From Planctomycetota bacterium (GTDB lineage: Bacteria > Planctomycetota > UBA1135 > UBA2386), in assembly GCA_046290465.1 (NCBI GenBank), contig JBKAGP010000001.1, forward strand, positions 4,864,001 to 4,928,000: a stretch of 64,000 nt of DNA, given 5' to 3'. The notes below the pieces were generated by a model. That model saw only the letters and a program-made list of their open reading frames with translations. It had not been told where the DNA came from and searched no databases. The position numbers were made by a program, and so were the translations under genes. The number at the start of each line of letters is the position of its first letter. The stretch's first letter is position 1. Below, in pieces: positions 48,462 through 58,689 of this stretch.

Positions 48462-50405
48462 TCAGCTGCCCAGCAGCCCTTGCTGCCGCAGGTGCTCGAG
48501 CACCTTCTGCACGTTCTGCTCGAGGGTGTCCTTCTCCGTGTCGAGCACGATCTCGGCGTTCTTCGGCGCCTCGTAGGGGGCGTCGATGCCGGTCACGTTG
48601 CCGATCTCGCCGGCGCGGGCGCGCTCGTAGAGGCCGTCCTCGTCGCGGCCCTCGCAGACCTCGAGCGGCGCGTCGCAGAACACCTCGACGAAGCCGTCGC
48701 CGACGATCTCGCGGGCCTGGTCGCGTTCGAAGCCGAGCGGCGAGACCAGCGCGACGATCGTGCTGACGCCCATCGTCTTGTTGAGCGCGGCCAGCTCGGC
48801 GGCGCGGCGCTGGTTCTCCCAGCGGTCGGCGCCGCTGAAGCCCAGGTCGCGGTTGAGGCCCATGCGCAGGATCTCGCCGTCGAGCACCTGCACGAACTTC
48901 TGGTGCTCGAACAGCTGCTTCTCGAGTTCGTAGGCGAGCGACGACTTGCCGGCGCGCGGCAGGCCGGTGATCCACAGCGTGAACGGCTTCTGCCCGAGGC
49001 GCTGTTCGCGCTGCTCGGACGACACCTTGCGCTTGTCGTGCAGGCGCACGTTGCTGCGGGCGTCGTGGCTGTCGCTGCGGCGCGCGGTTGCGTCCTTGGC
49101 GATCTTGCGCTCGACGATCATGCCGGCGCCGACGGTGGCGTTGCTCATCCGGTCGATCAGGATGAACGAGCCGGTGCCGCGGTTCTTCTGGTAGGCGTCG
49201 ACGGCGAGCGGGCGGGCGCACTCCAGGTGGATGCGGCCGACCTCGTTCATCTTCAGCTCCGGCGCCGACTCGCGGCGCAGCGTGCCGACGTTGGTGCGGT
49301 AGCGCAGGTCGGCGACGCTGGTCGAGGTCTGCGCCGAGGTGTGCTTGATCAGGTAGTTCTGGCCCGGCTTGAGCGGCTTCTCGTCGAACCACACGACCAT
49401 CGCCTCGACGTCGTTGGCGAGCGCCGGCGCGTTGTTCGGCGTGGCGATCATGTCGCCACGGCTGATGTCGATCTCGTCCTCGAGCGTCAGCACGACCGCC
49501 AGCGGCGCGAACGCCTCCTCCAGCTTGCCGTCGAACGTCTCGATCGTCTTGACCTTCGACGTCTTGCCGGACGGCAGCGCGGTGACCTCGTCGCCGACGC
49601 GCACCAGGCCCGACGCGATCGTGCCGGCGTAACCGCGGAAGTCGAGGTTCGGGCGCAGCACGTTCTGCACCGGGAAGCGCAGGTCGACCAGGTTGCGGTC
49701 GGACGCGACGTGCACGGTGTCGAGGTGGTCGAGCAGCGGCGAGCCCTGGAACCAGGGCATGCTCTCGCCGCGATGCACGACGTTCTCGCCCTTCAGCGCG
49801 GACATCGGGATGAAGTGGATGTCCTTGACGTTGAGGCGCGCGGCGAACTCGCTGTAGGCCTCGCGGATCTCGTCGAACTTCTCCTGCGAGTAGTCGACCA
49901 GGTCCATCTTGTTGATCGCGATCACGAAGTGCTGGATGCCCAGCAGCGCGCAGATGAACGAGTGGCGGTGGGTCTGCTCGAGCACGCCGTAGCGCGCGTC
50001 GATCAGGATGATCGCCAGGTCACACGCCGACGCGCCGGTCGCCATGTTGCGCGTGTACTGCACGTGGCCGGGGCAGTCCGCGATCACGAACTTGCGGCGG
50101 TCGGTCGCGAAGTAGCGGTAGGCGACGTCGATCGTGATGCCCTGCTCGCGCTCGGCCTGCAGGCCGTCGACGAGCAGCGCCAGGTCGACCTCCTCGCCGG
50201 TGGTGCCGAACTTGGACGAGGCCTTGGTGGTGGCCTCGAGCACGTCGTCGTGGACCTGCTCGGAGTCGTACAGCAGACGCCCGATCAGCGTCGACTTGCC
50301 GTCGTCGACGCTGCCGCACGTCAGCAGCTTCAGCATCTCGCGGTTGCCGTACTTCTCGAGGTACTTCTCGATGCCCAGTTGGTCGAGTTGGTTCGAGTAG
50401 CTCAT
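48462..50405 (-). CDS. cysN: Sulfate adenylyltransferase large subunit fused to an APS-kinase domain (CysN/CysC)
   Basis: CGSVDDGKSTLIGRLL, EREQGITIDVAYRYF, DCPGH, NKMD; C-terminal GLPRAGKS, LDGE, TGIDAPYE. Confidence 0.96.
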   Translation of the reverse strand: MSYSNQLDQLGIEKYLEKYGNREMLKLLTCGSVDDGKSTLIGRLLYDSEQVHDDVLEATTKASSKFGTTGEEVDLALLVDGLQAEREQGITIDVAYRYFATDRRKFVIADCPGHVQYTRNMATGASACDLAIILIDARYGVLEQTHRHSFICALLGIQHFVIAINKMDLVDYSQEKFDEIREAYSEFAARLNVKDIHFIPMSALKGENVVHRGESMPWFQGSPLLDHLDTVHVASDRNLVDLRFPVQNVLRPNLDFRGYAGTIASGLVRVGDEVTALPSGKTSKVKTIETFDGKLEEAFAPLAVVLTLEDEIDISRGDMIATPNNAPALANDVEAMVVWFDEKPLKPGQNYLIKHTSAQTSTSVADLRYRTNVGTLRRESAPELKMNEVGRIHLECARPLAVDAYQKNRGTGSFILIDRMSNATVGAGMIVERKIAKDATARRSDSHDARSNVRLHDKRKVSSEQREQRLGQKPFTLWITGLPRAGKSSLAYELEKQLFEHQKFVQVLDGEILRMGLNRDLGFSGADRWENQRRAAELAALNKTMGVSTIVALVSPLGFERDQAREIVGDGFVEVFCDAPLEVCEGRDEDGLYERARAGEIGNVTGIDAPYEAPKNAEIVLDTEKDTLEQNVQKVLEHLRQQGLLGS

Positions 50406-51313
50406 TAGAAGTAGCCCTCCCGCTTCTTGTCCTCCATCGAACCGCCTTCGTCGAAGTCGATCACGCGGCCCTGTCGCTCCGAGTCACGGCTGCGCAGCAT
50501 CTCCTCGATGATCTTGGGCAGCGTGTCGGCGTCCGACTCGATCGCGCCCGTCAGCGGGTAGCAGCCGAGCGTGCGGAAGCGGACCATCTTCATCTCCGGC
50601 GTCTCGCCGTCCTCGAGCGGCATGCGCTCGTCGTCGACCATGATCCAGGTGCCGTTGCGGCGAACCACCGGGCGCTCCTTGGCGAAGTAGAGCGGCACCA
50701 TCGGCAGGTTCTCCTTGTAGACGTAGAGCCAGACGTCCAGCTCGGTCCAGTTGCTCAGCGGGAAGACGCGGATCGACTCGCCCTTCTTGACCTCGCAGTT
50801 GAACAGGTTCCACAGCTCGGGCCGCTGGTTCTTCGGGTCCCACTGGTGGAACTTGTCGCGGAAGCTGAACACGCGCTCCTTGGCGCGGCTCTTCTCCTCG
50901 TCGCGGCGCGCGCCGCCGAACGCGGCGTCGTATTCGCCGGCGTTCAGCGCCTGCTTGAGCGCCTCGGTCTTCATCACGTGGGTGTGCCGCTGGGTGCCGT
51001 GCGTGAACGGCCCGACGCCCTGCTCGACGCCTTCCTGGTTGATCCACTCGACGAAGTCGAGGTCGAGGTCCTTCACCAGCTGGTCGCGGAACTCGATCAT
51101 CTCGCGGAACTTCCAGGTGGTGTTCACATGGAGGATCTTGAACGGGATCTTGGCCGGCGCGAACGCCTTCTGCGCGAGGCGCAGCATGACGCCGGAGTCC
51201 TTGCCGATCGAGTAGAGCATCACCGGCCGCTCGAACTCCGAGGCGACCTCACGGATGATGTGGATGCTCTCCTGCTCGAGCTGCTGCAGGTGGCTGAGCG
51301 CGTAATTGGTCAT
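50405..51313 (-). CDS. cysD: Sulfate adenylyltransferase small subunit
   Basis: [51 protein letters not shown]. Confidence 0.97.
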   Translation of the reverse strand: MTNYALSHLQQLEQESIHIIREVASEFERPVMLYSIGKDSGVMLRLAQKAFAPAKIPFKILHVNTTWKFREMIEFRDQLVKDLDLDFVEWINQEGVEQGVGPFTHGTQRHTHVMKTEALKQALNAGEYDAAFGGARRDEEKSRAKERVFSFRDKFHQWDPKNQRPELWNLFNCEVKKGESIRVFPLSNWTELDVWLYVYKENLPMVPLYFAKERPVVRRNGTWIMVDDERMPLEDGETPEMKMVRFRTLGCYPLTGAIESDADTLPKIIEEMLRSRDSERQGRVIDFDEGGSMEDKKREGYF

Positions 51314-51933
51314 TGGGCGGTTGGCGGCGGGCTGAGGAAGCCGCGTTGTTCGAGCATGGCCTGGACCGCGGCGGCGCACTCGTCGAGCGAGAGGTCGCCG
51401 GTCTTCAGGTGGACGGCCGGGTCTTCGGGCGCCTCGTACGGCGACGAGATGCCGGTGAACTCGGGGATCTCGCCGGCGCGCGCCTTCTTGTAGAGGCCCT
51501 TGGGGTCGCGCGACTCGCACACCTCGATCGGCGCGTCGACGAACACCTCGAGGAAGTCGTGATCGCCGACGACGTCGCGCACCTGCTGGCGGTCTTGACG
51601 GAACGGCGAGATGAAGGCGGTCAGCACGATTGCGCCGGCGTCGGCCATCAGCGCCGCGACGTGGCCGATGCGGCGGATGTTCTCGGTGCGGTCGGCGTCG
51701 GAGAAGCCGAGGTCGGCGCAGAGGCCGTGGCGCACGTTGTCGCCGTCGAGCACGTAGACGAGGCGACCGGCCGCGGTCAGCTTCTCCTCGACGACCCGCG
51801 ACACCGTCGACTTGCCCGAACCGGACAGGCCGGTGAACCACGCCACGCAGCCGCGCTGGCCCAGCAGGCGCTCCCGATCCTGTCGGGAGATCACGCCTTC
51901 GTGGCGCACGATGTTGCGTGGAGAGTCGGTCAT
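51310..51933 (-). CDS. cysC: Adenylyl-sulfate kinase
   Basis: [47 protein letters not shown]. Confidence 0.97.
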   Translation of the reverse strand: MTDSPRNIVRHEGVISRQDRERLLGQRGCVAWFTGLSGSGKSTVSRVVEEKLTAAGRLVYVLDGDNVRHGLCADLGFSDADRTENIRRIGHVAALMADAGAIVLTAFISPFRQDRQQVRDVVGDHDFLEVFVDAPIEVCESRDPKGLYKKARAGEIPEFTGISSPYEAPEDPAVHLKTGDLSLDECAAAVQAMLEQRGFLSPPPTAQ

Positions 51934-52073
51934 CCGGGGCGAGGTCGGCGTTTTGGGCGGAGTACTGTCGGCAGGCTGCGCCGCTCTGTCAAAGGGTTAA
52001 ATCGGAGGCGGCGCGCCCTCGGCTGGATTCACCCCGGTAGCCCCCATGCGACCGTCGGCAGCGCGCAGAACCT

Positions 52074-53234
52074 TCACGCAGAGCTCGCCGTCCGGAAGCC
52101 CGCGAACACGTCCGTGCGTCCGGGCAGGAAGAAGTTGCGGTAGCGGCGATCGTGCAGGCACGCGTCGGTCGTGTAGGCCCCGCCGCGCAATTCGCGCTGG
52201 TGATGGAACCATGGCGCGGAGTAGGTCACGTACGGTCCGGGGCGGAAGCCCTGGCCGTACGGCGCGAACGTGTCCGCCGTCCACTCCCAGACCGAGTGCC
52301 CCCACGTCATGCCGTGTGCGCTCGCGACCTCCCACTCGGCCGCGGTCGGCAGCCGTCGGCCGGCCCACCGGCAGTAGGCTTCGGCCTCGAACGCGTCGAC
52401 GTGCACGACCGGCTCGGCGGGCGGCAGCGGCAGCCAGCGATCGTAGTGGCGGTGTTCGACGGAGCCGTCGGCCGCGCGCCGCCACCGCTCGGGCATCGCG
52501 CGGTCGGGCGCGCCGTCCGGCCACAGCTCGGCGCGGCGGTAGCCGCCGTCGTCGACGAACGCGAGGAACGCGTCGTTGCGCACCGGGTGCGAGTCGATCG
52601 AGAACGCGCCGAGCGCCACGCCGTGCTGCGGCATCTCGTTGTCGAACGCGAACGTGCCGTCGAGTTCGCTGCCGATCGCGTGTTCGCCGGCCGGCACCCG
52701 CAACCTTGTCGCCGCGGCGACCTCGGGCATGCGCACCCCGGGCGGTGCCGGGTAGCCGCAGCTGGCGCGCGTCCACGCCAGCGCTTCGGCATGCATGCAC
52801 TCGTGGTAGAGGGACAGCCGCGCGAAGTAGGTCGTGTCGGGGTCGCCGTCGTCGCTGCGCACCCGCTGCGTCACCGCGGCGAGCTGGGCGGCGAGCCGCT
52901 GCAGCAGTTGCTCGCGGCTGTGCGCCGGCGGTCGCCAGCGGTCCGCGTGCGCAACGATCGCGGAGTCGAGGTGGGCGTCCTCGACGAAGAACCTGCCGGG
53001 CTGCGCTGCCTCGACGAAGCCGTCGCGGCGCAGCCGGTGCGGCCCGCGCAGCACCCAGGCCTCCGCGAACCAGCCGATGTGTGCCAGGTCCCAGTAGGTC
53101 GGCTGGATGCGCGGGTCGCGCGGCACCAGCCACTGCTCGTCGCTCAGGTCGAGCGCGCGCGACAGCGTGACCTCCCGAGCCGCCGCCAGCGCCGCGCACA
53201 GCGGTTCGGAGGTCAGGCGGCGGGGATCGGGCAT
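52074..53234 (-). CDS. EgtB/SenA-family non-haem iron sulfoxide/selenoxide synthase-like protein (DinB + FGE domains)
   Basis: WDLAHIGWFAE.W, HECMHAE iron-binding motif, FAFDNE, RLPTAAEWE, VWEWT, RYRNFF.P.R.D.FAGFRT. Confidence 0.85.
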   Translation of the reverse strand: MPDPRRLTSEPLCAALAAAREVTLSRALDLSDEQWLVPRDPRIQPTYWDLAHIGWFAEAWVLRGPHRLRRDGFVEAAQPGRFFVEDAHLDSAIVAHADRWRPPAHSREQLLQRLAAQLAAVTQRVRSDDGDPDTTYFARLSLYHECMHAEALAWTRASCGYPAPPGVRMPEVAAATRLRVPAGEHAIGSELDGTFAFDNEMPQHGVALGAFSIDSHPVRNDAFLAFVDDGGYRRAELWPDGAPDRAMPERWRRAADGSVEHRHYDRWLPLPPAEPVVHVDAFEAEAYCRWAGRRLPTAAEWEVASAHGMTWGHSVWEWTADTFAPYGQGFRPGPYVTYSAPWFHHQRELRGGAYTTDACLHDRRYRNFFLPGRTDVFAGFRTASSA

Positions 53235-54229
53235 CAAGCGGCGGGTCTGGCGACGAAGAACGCGAACCAGCCCCGATCGTCGGTCCACAGGTCGACCGCG
53301 TCGAGTCCGGCGCTGCGCAGCAGCTTGCGGAACGTGTCGGGAGTGTACTTGTACGAACTCTCGGTGTGGATGCGCTCGCCGGCGGCGAACCGGCGGCCGC
53401 CGCCAGGCCAGCTGACGTCGACGTCCTCGACGGCCTCGAGCAGCATCTCGATGCGGCTGAGAGGCTCGTCGAAGCGGGCGACGTGACGCCACTGACGCGG
53501 CACGAAGTCGGTCCCGGCGGCCTCGTTGACGTTGCGCAGCAGGTTGCGGTTGAAGGCTGCGGTCACGCCCAGTTCGTCGTCGTAGGCGCGCTCGAGCGTG
53601 TCGACGTCCTTGACCAGGTCGATGCCGATCCACAGCGTGCCGTCATCGCCCATCTGGTCGCGCACCTGCTCGAGGAACGCGCGCGCGTGGTCGGGTTCGA
53701 AGTTGCCGATCGACGACCCCGGGTAGAAGAACAGGCGGCGATCAGATCGGACCGGAGCTGGCAGCACGAGTTCCTGCGAGAAGTCGGTGCCGACCCCGAT
53801 CATCTCGATCTGTGGGTACTCGTTCTGCAGCTTGTGGAGCACGTCGCGCAGGTAGTCGACCGAGATGTCGACCGGCACGTACTGGCGGGGTTCGACGACG
53901 CCGAACAGCTTGGGCGCCTTCTCGCAGCTGCCGGCGCCGAGGTCGATCATCGTGCTGCCATGCACGTCGCGCGCTGCGGCCATCGCCGCGCCGTGCTGCT
54001 CGAGCAGGCTGGCCTCGGTCCTGGTCGTGTAGTACTCCGGCAGCTCGGTGATGACGTCGAACAGTCGGGATCCGGTCACGTCGTAGAGATACCAGGGCGG
54101 GATCTGCGCGCGCGGGGCGGCGATCCCCCGCCGTAGCTCTGCCGCTGGGTCCTCGAAATCCGGTGCCGCCGTCTGGAAGAAGGCGGGCGAAGAAGTGTCG
54201 ATTCGCGCCTCGGTCACAGCAGCGAGCAT
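53234..54229 (-). CDS. egtD: L-histidine N-alpha-methyltransferase
   Basis: LYDVTGSRLF..ITELPEYY.TRTE, DLGAGSCEK, PGSSIGNF, AYDD..GVTAAFNRN, IHTESSYKY. Confidence 0.95.
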   Translation of the reverse strand: MLAAVTEARIDTSSPAFFQTAAPDFEDPAAELRRGIAAPRAQIPPWYLYDVTGSRLFDVITELPEYYTTRTEASLLEQHGAAMAAARDVHGSTMIDLGAGSCEKAPKLFGVVEPRQYVPVDISVDYLRDVLHKLQNEYPQIEMIGVGTDFSQELVLPAPVRSDRRLFFYPGSSIGNFEPDHARAFLEQVRDQMGDDGTLWIGIDLVKDVDTLERAYDDELGVTAAFNRNLLRNVNEAAGTDFVPRQWRHVARFDEPLSRIEMLLEAVEDVDVSWPGGGRRFAAGERIHTESSYKYTPDTFRKLLRSAGLDAVDLWTDDRGWFAFFVARPAA

Positions 54230-54360
54230 CGGGACGCTTCCGAGGGTGTCAGGGATTCTGTCGGTTTCCTGAGGCTGGTTCGGTTGCCGCCCGTCGCAGG
54301 TGTCGCGAGTCGCGACAGGCGGTCCCAGTCAGAGTCTCGCGTGTCGCCAAAACCTCCGTC

Positions 54361-54389
54361 TCAAGGAGGACGTGGTCATGTGCCGATGC
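54361..54389 (+). promoter_or_regulatory. Candidate sigma28 (FliA) promoter for the flgB operon
   Basis: TCAA-N17-GCCGATGC just upstream of flgB. Confidence 0.4.
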
Positions 54390-54411
54390 TTTAGCGGCAA
54401 ACGGCAAAAAC

Positions 54412-54759
54412 ATGATCGACACCAACGGCGACACGGCCTTCACGCATCACGCGCTCGACGCGCTGACGCGGCGTACGAAGGCGGCGATCCACAACATCGC
54501 CAACCAGAACGTCGACGGCTTCAAGCGCTACGAGGTCCGCTTCGAGGACATGCTGCGCGAGGCCGTCGAGGCGGGGCAGGGCGAAGGTTCGGTCGAGGCC
54601 GTGGTCGAGCGCGACACGTCGGGCCCGGCCGGCCAGAACAACGTCGTGCTGATGGAGGAGCTCGCGCTGCTCGGCAAGACGCAGATCATGCACGACTACA
54701 TGCTGCGTCGTGCTGCGGGCTACTTCAGCCACATCAACAAGGCGATCAACGGGAGGTAG
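54412..54759 (+). CDS. flgB: Flagellar basal-body rod protein FlgB
   Basis: HALDAL..R..AI.HNIANQN.DGFK....FE, NNVVL; first gene of the flagellar cluster. Confidence 0.85.
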   Translation: MIDTNGDTAFTHHALDALTRRTKAAIHNIANQNVDGFKRYEVRFEDMLREAVEAGQGEGSVEAVVERDTSGPAGQNNVVLMEELALLGKTQIMHDYMLRRAAGYFSHINKAINGR

Positions 54760-54764
54760 GGGAG

Positions 54765-55208
54765 ATGAGTGGAGATCCGATGAGCGGCATCTTCCGCGGG
54801 TTCGACATCGCGACGACCGGTCTGCGTGCAGAGATGCAGCGCTCCGAGATCGTGGCGAGCAACCTCGGCAACATGCACCGCACCGGCAACGCCGACAAGC
54901 TACCCTACCGCCGCAAGATGCTGGTCTTCGAGGAGGCGCTCGAGGCGGCCAAGGCCGGCGGCGCCGGCAAGGGCGAGACCGGCGTGCAGGTCGGCCACGT
55001 CGTCGAGGACTCGACGCCGTTCCCGGTCTTCTACCAGCCCGGTCACCCGGACGCCGACGAGAAGGGCCAGGTGCTCGGCAGCAACGTCGACCTGTTCAAG
55101 GAACTCGTCGACATGAACATCATCCAGCGCAGCTTCGACGCCAACCTGACGGCGCTGCGCACGTACCGCGGGATGCTGCAGAACACGCTGCAGCAGCTCG
55201 GCTCGTAG
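54765..55208 (+). CDS. flgC: Flagellar basal-body rod protein FlgC
   Basis: IATTGLRAE, PYRRK, YQPGHPDADEKG, NVDLFKELVDM, RSFDAN. Alternative ATG at 54780. Confidence 0.92.
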   Translation: MSGDPMSGIFRGFDIATTGLRAEMQRSEIVASNLGNMHRTGNADKLPYRRKMLVFEEALEAAKAGGAGKGETGVQVGHVVEDSTPFPVFYQPGHPDADEKGQVLGSNVDLFKELVDMNIIQRSFDANLTALRTYRGMLQNTLQQLGS

Positions 55209-55219
55209 GAGGCTAGACG

Positions 55220-55585
55220 ATGAGCGGATTCGACCTTCCACCGATCGGCTTCGACCAGAGCTTCCAGAAGCCGCAGCAGCCGTTCGCGTCGCCCGAGGTG
55301 CGCGGCATCGACCCGCTGCTCGGCGGCGGCAAGGGCTCTGGCGACGGCCCGGACGTCGGCGCGTCGCAGCCGTTCTCGGGCGTGCTCGCCGACTCGCTCA
55401 ACACCGTTCGCGGCCTGCAGATGGACACCAAGGACAAGGTGCGCGGCATGGTCATGGGCGAGGACGTCGAGCTGCACGACGTGATGATCGCCGGCAGCAA
55501 GAGTGAGGTCGCGTTCAACCTGTTGCTCGAGGTGCGCAACAAGATGGTGGACGCGTGGGAGAAGCTCTCGAGGTCCGCGGGCTAA
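55220..55585 (+). CDS. fliE: Flagellar hook-basal body protein FliE
   Basis: ELHDVMIA..KSEVAF.LLLEVRNKMVDAW. Confidence 0.92.
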   Translation: MSGFDLPPIGFDQSFQKPQQPFASPEVRGIDPLLGGGKGSGDGPDVGASQPFSGVLADSLNTVRGLQMDTKDKVRGMVMGEDVELHDVMIAGSKSEVAFNLLLEVRNKMVDAWEKLSRSAG

Positions 55586-55591
55586 TAGGCA

Positions 55592-57055
55592 ATGAGACAG
55601 TTCTTCAACGACCTGATGACCCAGGTGCGCGGCATCTGGGCTCGCCTCGAAGGGCCGCAGCGGCTGGTCGTCAGCGCGGTGATGCTGGCGACGCTGGTCG
55701 GTCTCGGCGCGATCGTCTGGTTCGCCGGGCAGCCGAGCTACGAGATCGTCTACACCGCGCGCAGCGGCGAGGAGATCGGTCGCGTCCAGCAGGCACTGAG
55801 CAAGGCGAACGTCACCTACCGGCTGGACGACTCCGGCATGTCGTTCCAGGTGGAGCGCAACAAGGTCGGGCTGGCCAACGCGGCGATCCGGCAGGAGGGA
55901 CTGACCGGCAACCAGGAGGTCTCGCTCAATTCGTCGAGCAGCTTCATCGAGGACGCCGCGACCAAGAAGTGGCGGCTCAACAACGCCAGCCGGGCGCAGG
56001 CCGAGCAGGCCATCATGAAGCTCGACGGGGTGGTCTCGGTGACGGTCAGCGGCAGCAAGCCGGACCGGCTGATCGCGTTCCGCGATCGCCAGAACGAGAC
56101 CAAGGCCAAGGCGACGGTCGTGATCGGCCTGCGTCCCGGCACGCCGTTCGAGTCGATCGCCTACGGCGCGGCCTCGATCGCCGCCTCGCAGCTGATGATC
56201 CCGCTGCAGAACATCGACGTGTTCAGCACCGTCGGCGGCCATCGCTGGAGCTACAACCCCGATCGCAACACCGGCGCCGGTTCGTCGGAGTTCTTGACGC
56301 TGCAGCGCGACATCAGCGACACCCGCACCCGCCTGGCGCAGGCGCGCATGGACCAGCTGTGGCCGGGCAAGATCTCGGTCCAGGTCAACGTCGAGCTCGA
56401 CCCGACCTGGGAAGTGCGCAGCGAGAAGGTCGTGCCGACCGAACCGCTGATGAAGAAGGAGGAGTCGACCAAGGACTCGACCGACGGCGCGGCGCCGGCG
56501 GAGGGTGAAGCCTCCAAGAGCAAGAACGAGAAGCGCACGCGCGAATACATCACCGAGATCGGTGAGCGACGCACCGGCAAGGCGATGCCCGACATCAAGC
56601 GCATGTCGGTCGCGGTGCTCTACGACAAGTCGCTGGCCGACGCCGGCGACTTCGACGAGCAGCGCCTGATCAAGGCGGTCAAGGCGATCGTCGGCTGGGA
56701 CCCGCAACGCGACAGCGAGGAGGCCTTCAGCACGCTGGTCAGCACCTTCGCGCCGCCGGCCGAGGTCGAGGTCGCCTACGGCGGTCCGGGGTTCGGCGAG
56801 GTGGCGCTGCAGTATGCGCCGATGGTCGGCCAGATCATCGGCGTCGTGATCGTGGTGATGTTCTTGCGCGGGCTGTTCAAGCGTTCGCGTCGTCCGGTGG
56901 AGGAGCCGGAGGCCGTGCCCGAGATCCCCGAGGAGGACCTCGCGCCCGAAGAGCAGCAGCGTCGCATGCGTCGCGAGATCGAACGCTCGATCGCCAACGA
57001 CCCGGCGGCGCTCGCCAAGATGCTCGAGGCGTGGCTGATGGAGCAGAAGGCCTGA
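55592..57055 (+). CDS. fliF: Flagellar MS-ring protein FliF
   Basis: Two TM segments flanking a periplasmic region, KRMSVAVL, C-terminal DPAALAKMLEAWL; sits between fliE and fliG. Confidence 0.85.
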   Translation: MRQFFNDLMTQVRGIWARLEGPQRLVVSAVMLATLVGLGAIVWFAGQPSYEIVYTARSGEEIGRVQQALSKANVTYRLDDSGMSFQVERNKVGLANAAIRQEGLTGNQEVSLNSSSSFIEDAATKKWRLNNASRAQAEQAIMKLDGVVSVTVSGSKPDRLIAFRDRQNETKAKATVVIGLRPGTPFESIAYGAASIAASQLMIPLQNIDVFSTVGGHRWSYNPDRNTGAGSSEFLTLQRDISDTRTRLAQARMDQLWPGKISVQVNVELDPTWEVRSEKVVPTEPLMKKEESTKDSTDGAAPAEGEASKSKNEKRTREYITEIGERRTGKAMPDIKRMSVAVLYDKSLADAGDFDEQRLIKAVKAIVGWDPQRDSEEAFSTLVSTFAPPAEVEVAYGGPGFGEVALQYAPMVGQIIGVVIVVMFLRGLFKRSRRPVEEPEAVPEIPEEDLAPEEQQRRMRREIERSIANDPAALAKMLEAWLMEQKA

Positions 57056-57059
57056 TCCG

Positions 57060-58088
57060 ATGGTCGCGCCCGAGCCCAACAAGAACCAGCTGCCGGTCGA
57101 CCAGACCCTGGCGATGCTGCTGCTGTCGATCGACCAGGAGCTGTCCGCCCGCGTGCTGCGCCACTTCAGCGACGACACCGTCGACAAGGTGACGCGCGCG
57201 ATGCAGGAGCTGCAGGAGATGGCGATCGATCGGGAGACCGTTCGCTCGGCGTTCCGTCAGACGGTGATCCGGATGCGGCAGGGTGGCATGGCGCTCGGGG
57301 ACGTCGGCGGCCTGATGCAGACCGTGCTGTCGAAGGCGTTCGGCGAGCAGCGCAGCGGTGAGGTCGCGAGCCGCGCCAACAACGACATCCTGGCGAAGCG
57401 GCCGTTCGCGATGTTCGAGGCGTTGACCGCCGAGGACCTCGCCAACCTGCTCACCGAGGAGCACCCGCAGATCGCGGCCGTGTTCATCGCGCACCTCGAC
57501 CGGCAGAAGGGCGGCGAGGTGCTGAAGTTCCTCGAGGACAGCGCGCGCGCCGACCTGGTGCACCGCGTCGCGACCCTCGACCGCACGCCGGCCGACGTGG
57601 TCCAGCGCGTGCTCGAGGTGATGCGCAAGAAGGTCAAGGACCTCGGCCTGACGACGCTGCGCAGCGAGCCCAAGGCGTGGGTCAAGGCGGCGGCGTCGTT
57701 GCTCAACAACCTGGGCGGCGGCGACAAGGCCGTGCTCGAGAAGATCGAGGTGAACGACCCCGAGATCGCCGGCGCGATCCGCGAGGAGATGTTCACGTTC
57801 GACGACATTCAGAAGCTCGACAAGAAGTCGATGCAGAAGATCCTGGCCGCGGTCGACTCGCGCCAGCTCGCGGTCTCCCTGAAGGCTGCGATCCCGCCGG
57901 TCGAGCGGGCGATCCTCGACAACCTCTCCAAGCGCGCCTCCGACATGGTGGTCGAGGAGCGCGACAACCTCGGTCCGACGCCGCTGAGCGAAGTGCTCGA
58001 GGCGCAGGCCGAGATCCTCAAGCTGATCCGCGACATGATGGACAAGGGCGACATCAAGGCAGGCGGCGCGGCAGAACAGATGGTGTGA
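57060..58088 (+). CDS. fliG: Flagellar motor switch protein FliG
   Basis: EHPQIAA, IREEMFTFDD, NLSKRA, EVLEAQ. Confidence 0.94.
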   Translation: MVAPEPNKNQLPVDQTLAMLLLSIDQELSARVLRHFSDDTVDKVTRAMQELQEMAIDRETVRSAFRQTVIRMRQGGMALGDVGGLMQTVLSKAFGEQRSGEVASRANNDILAKRPFAMFEALTAEDLANLLTEEHPQIAAVFIAHLDRQKGGEVLKFLEDSARADLVHRVATLDRTPADVVQRVLEVMRKKVKDLGLTTLRSEPKAWVKAAASLLNNLGGGDKAVLEKIEVNDPEIAGAIREEMFTFDDIQKLDKKSMQKILAAVDSRQLAVSLKAAIPPVERAILDNLSKRASDMVVEERDNLGPTPLSEVLEAQAEILKLIRDMMDKGDIKAGGAAEQMV

Positions 58089-58095
58089 GCCGACC

Positions 58096-58689
58096 ATGAC
58101 TTCGATGAACGCCGTCCCCGTCACGCAGCGCCTCGTCGGCCTGCGGCTGCACACGCGTCGCGGTCCCGGCGGTGTGCCGGAGGCTCCGCGGGCCCGCGCG
58201 TTGCTCGACCTCGAGGCCCGCAACCTGCAGCACCAGGCCGACCTGCAGGTCATGCGCGACGTGCTCGCCGACACCCGCGGCCAGCTCGCGGCGATCCCGG
58301 GCGTCGTCAACGGCCGCCTCGACGAGGTCGCCGGCATCGCCGTCGAACTCGGCCTCGCGATCGCTCGCGAGATCGTCGGCTCGGCGCTCGATCAGCACCT
58401 CGCGGATCCGACCCCGACGGTGGCGCGCTGCCTGCGCGACTGCGTGCACGGCAGCGACCGGGCGGACCTGGTGATCCGGCTCAACCCGGACGACCTCGCC
58501 AACGTCAAGACGCGCATCGCGGAGATCCCCGACCTGACGCGCGAGGCTGCCGATGCGCAGTTCGTCGCCGATCCGGGCATCCCGAGCGGCGGCGTGCGCG
58601 CCGAGACCGGCGCCGGCCGCCTGCACTACGATCCGCGCGAGGTGCTCGAACGCATCTGCGCCGAGGTGCGTCGCGAGGCGTCGGCGTGA
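58096..58689 (+). CDS. fliH: Flagellar export protein FliH
   Basis: LAIAREIV, IRLNPDD, DPGIPSGGVRAETGAG; sits between fliG and fliI. Confidence 0.8.
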   Translation: MTSMNAVPVTQRLVGLRLHTRRGPGGVPEAPRARALLDLEARNLQHQADLQVMRDVLADTRGQLAAIPGVVNGRLDEVAGIAVELGLAIAREIVGSALDQHLADPTPTVARCLRDCVHGSDRADLVIRLNPDDLANVKTRIAEIPDLTREAADAQFVADPGIPSGGVRAETGAGRLHYDPREVLERICAEVRREASA

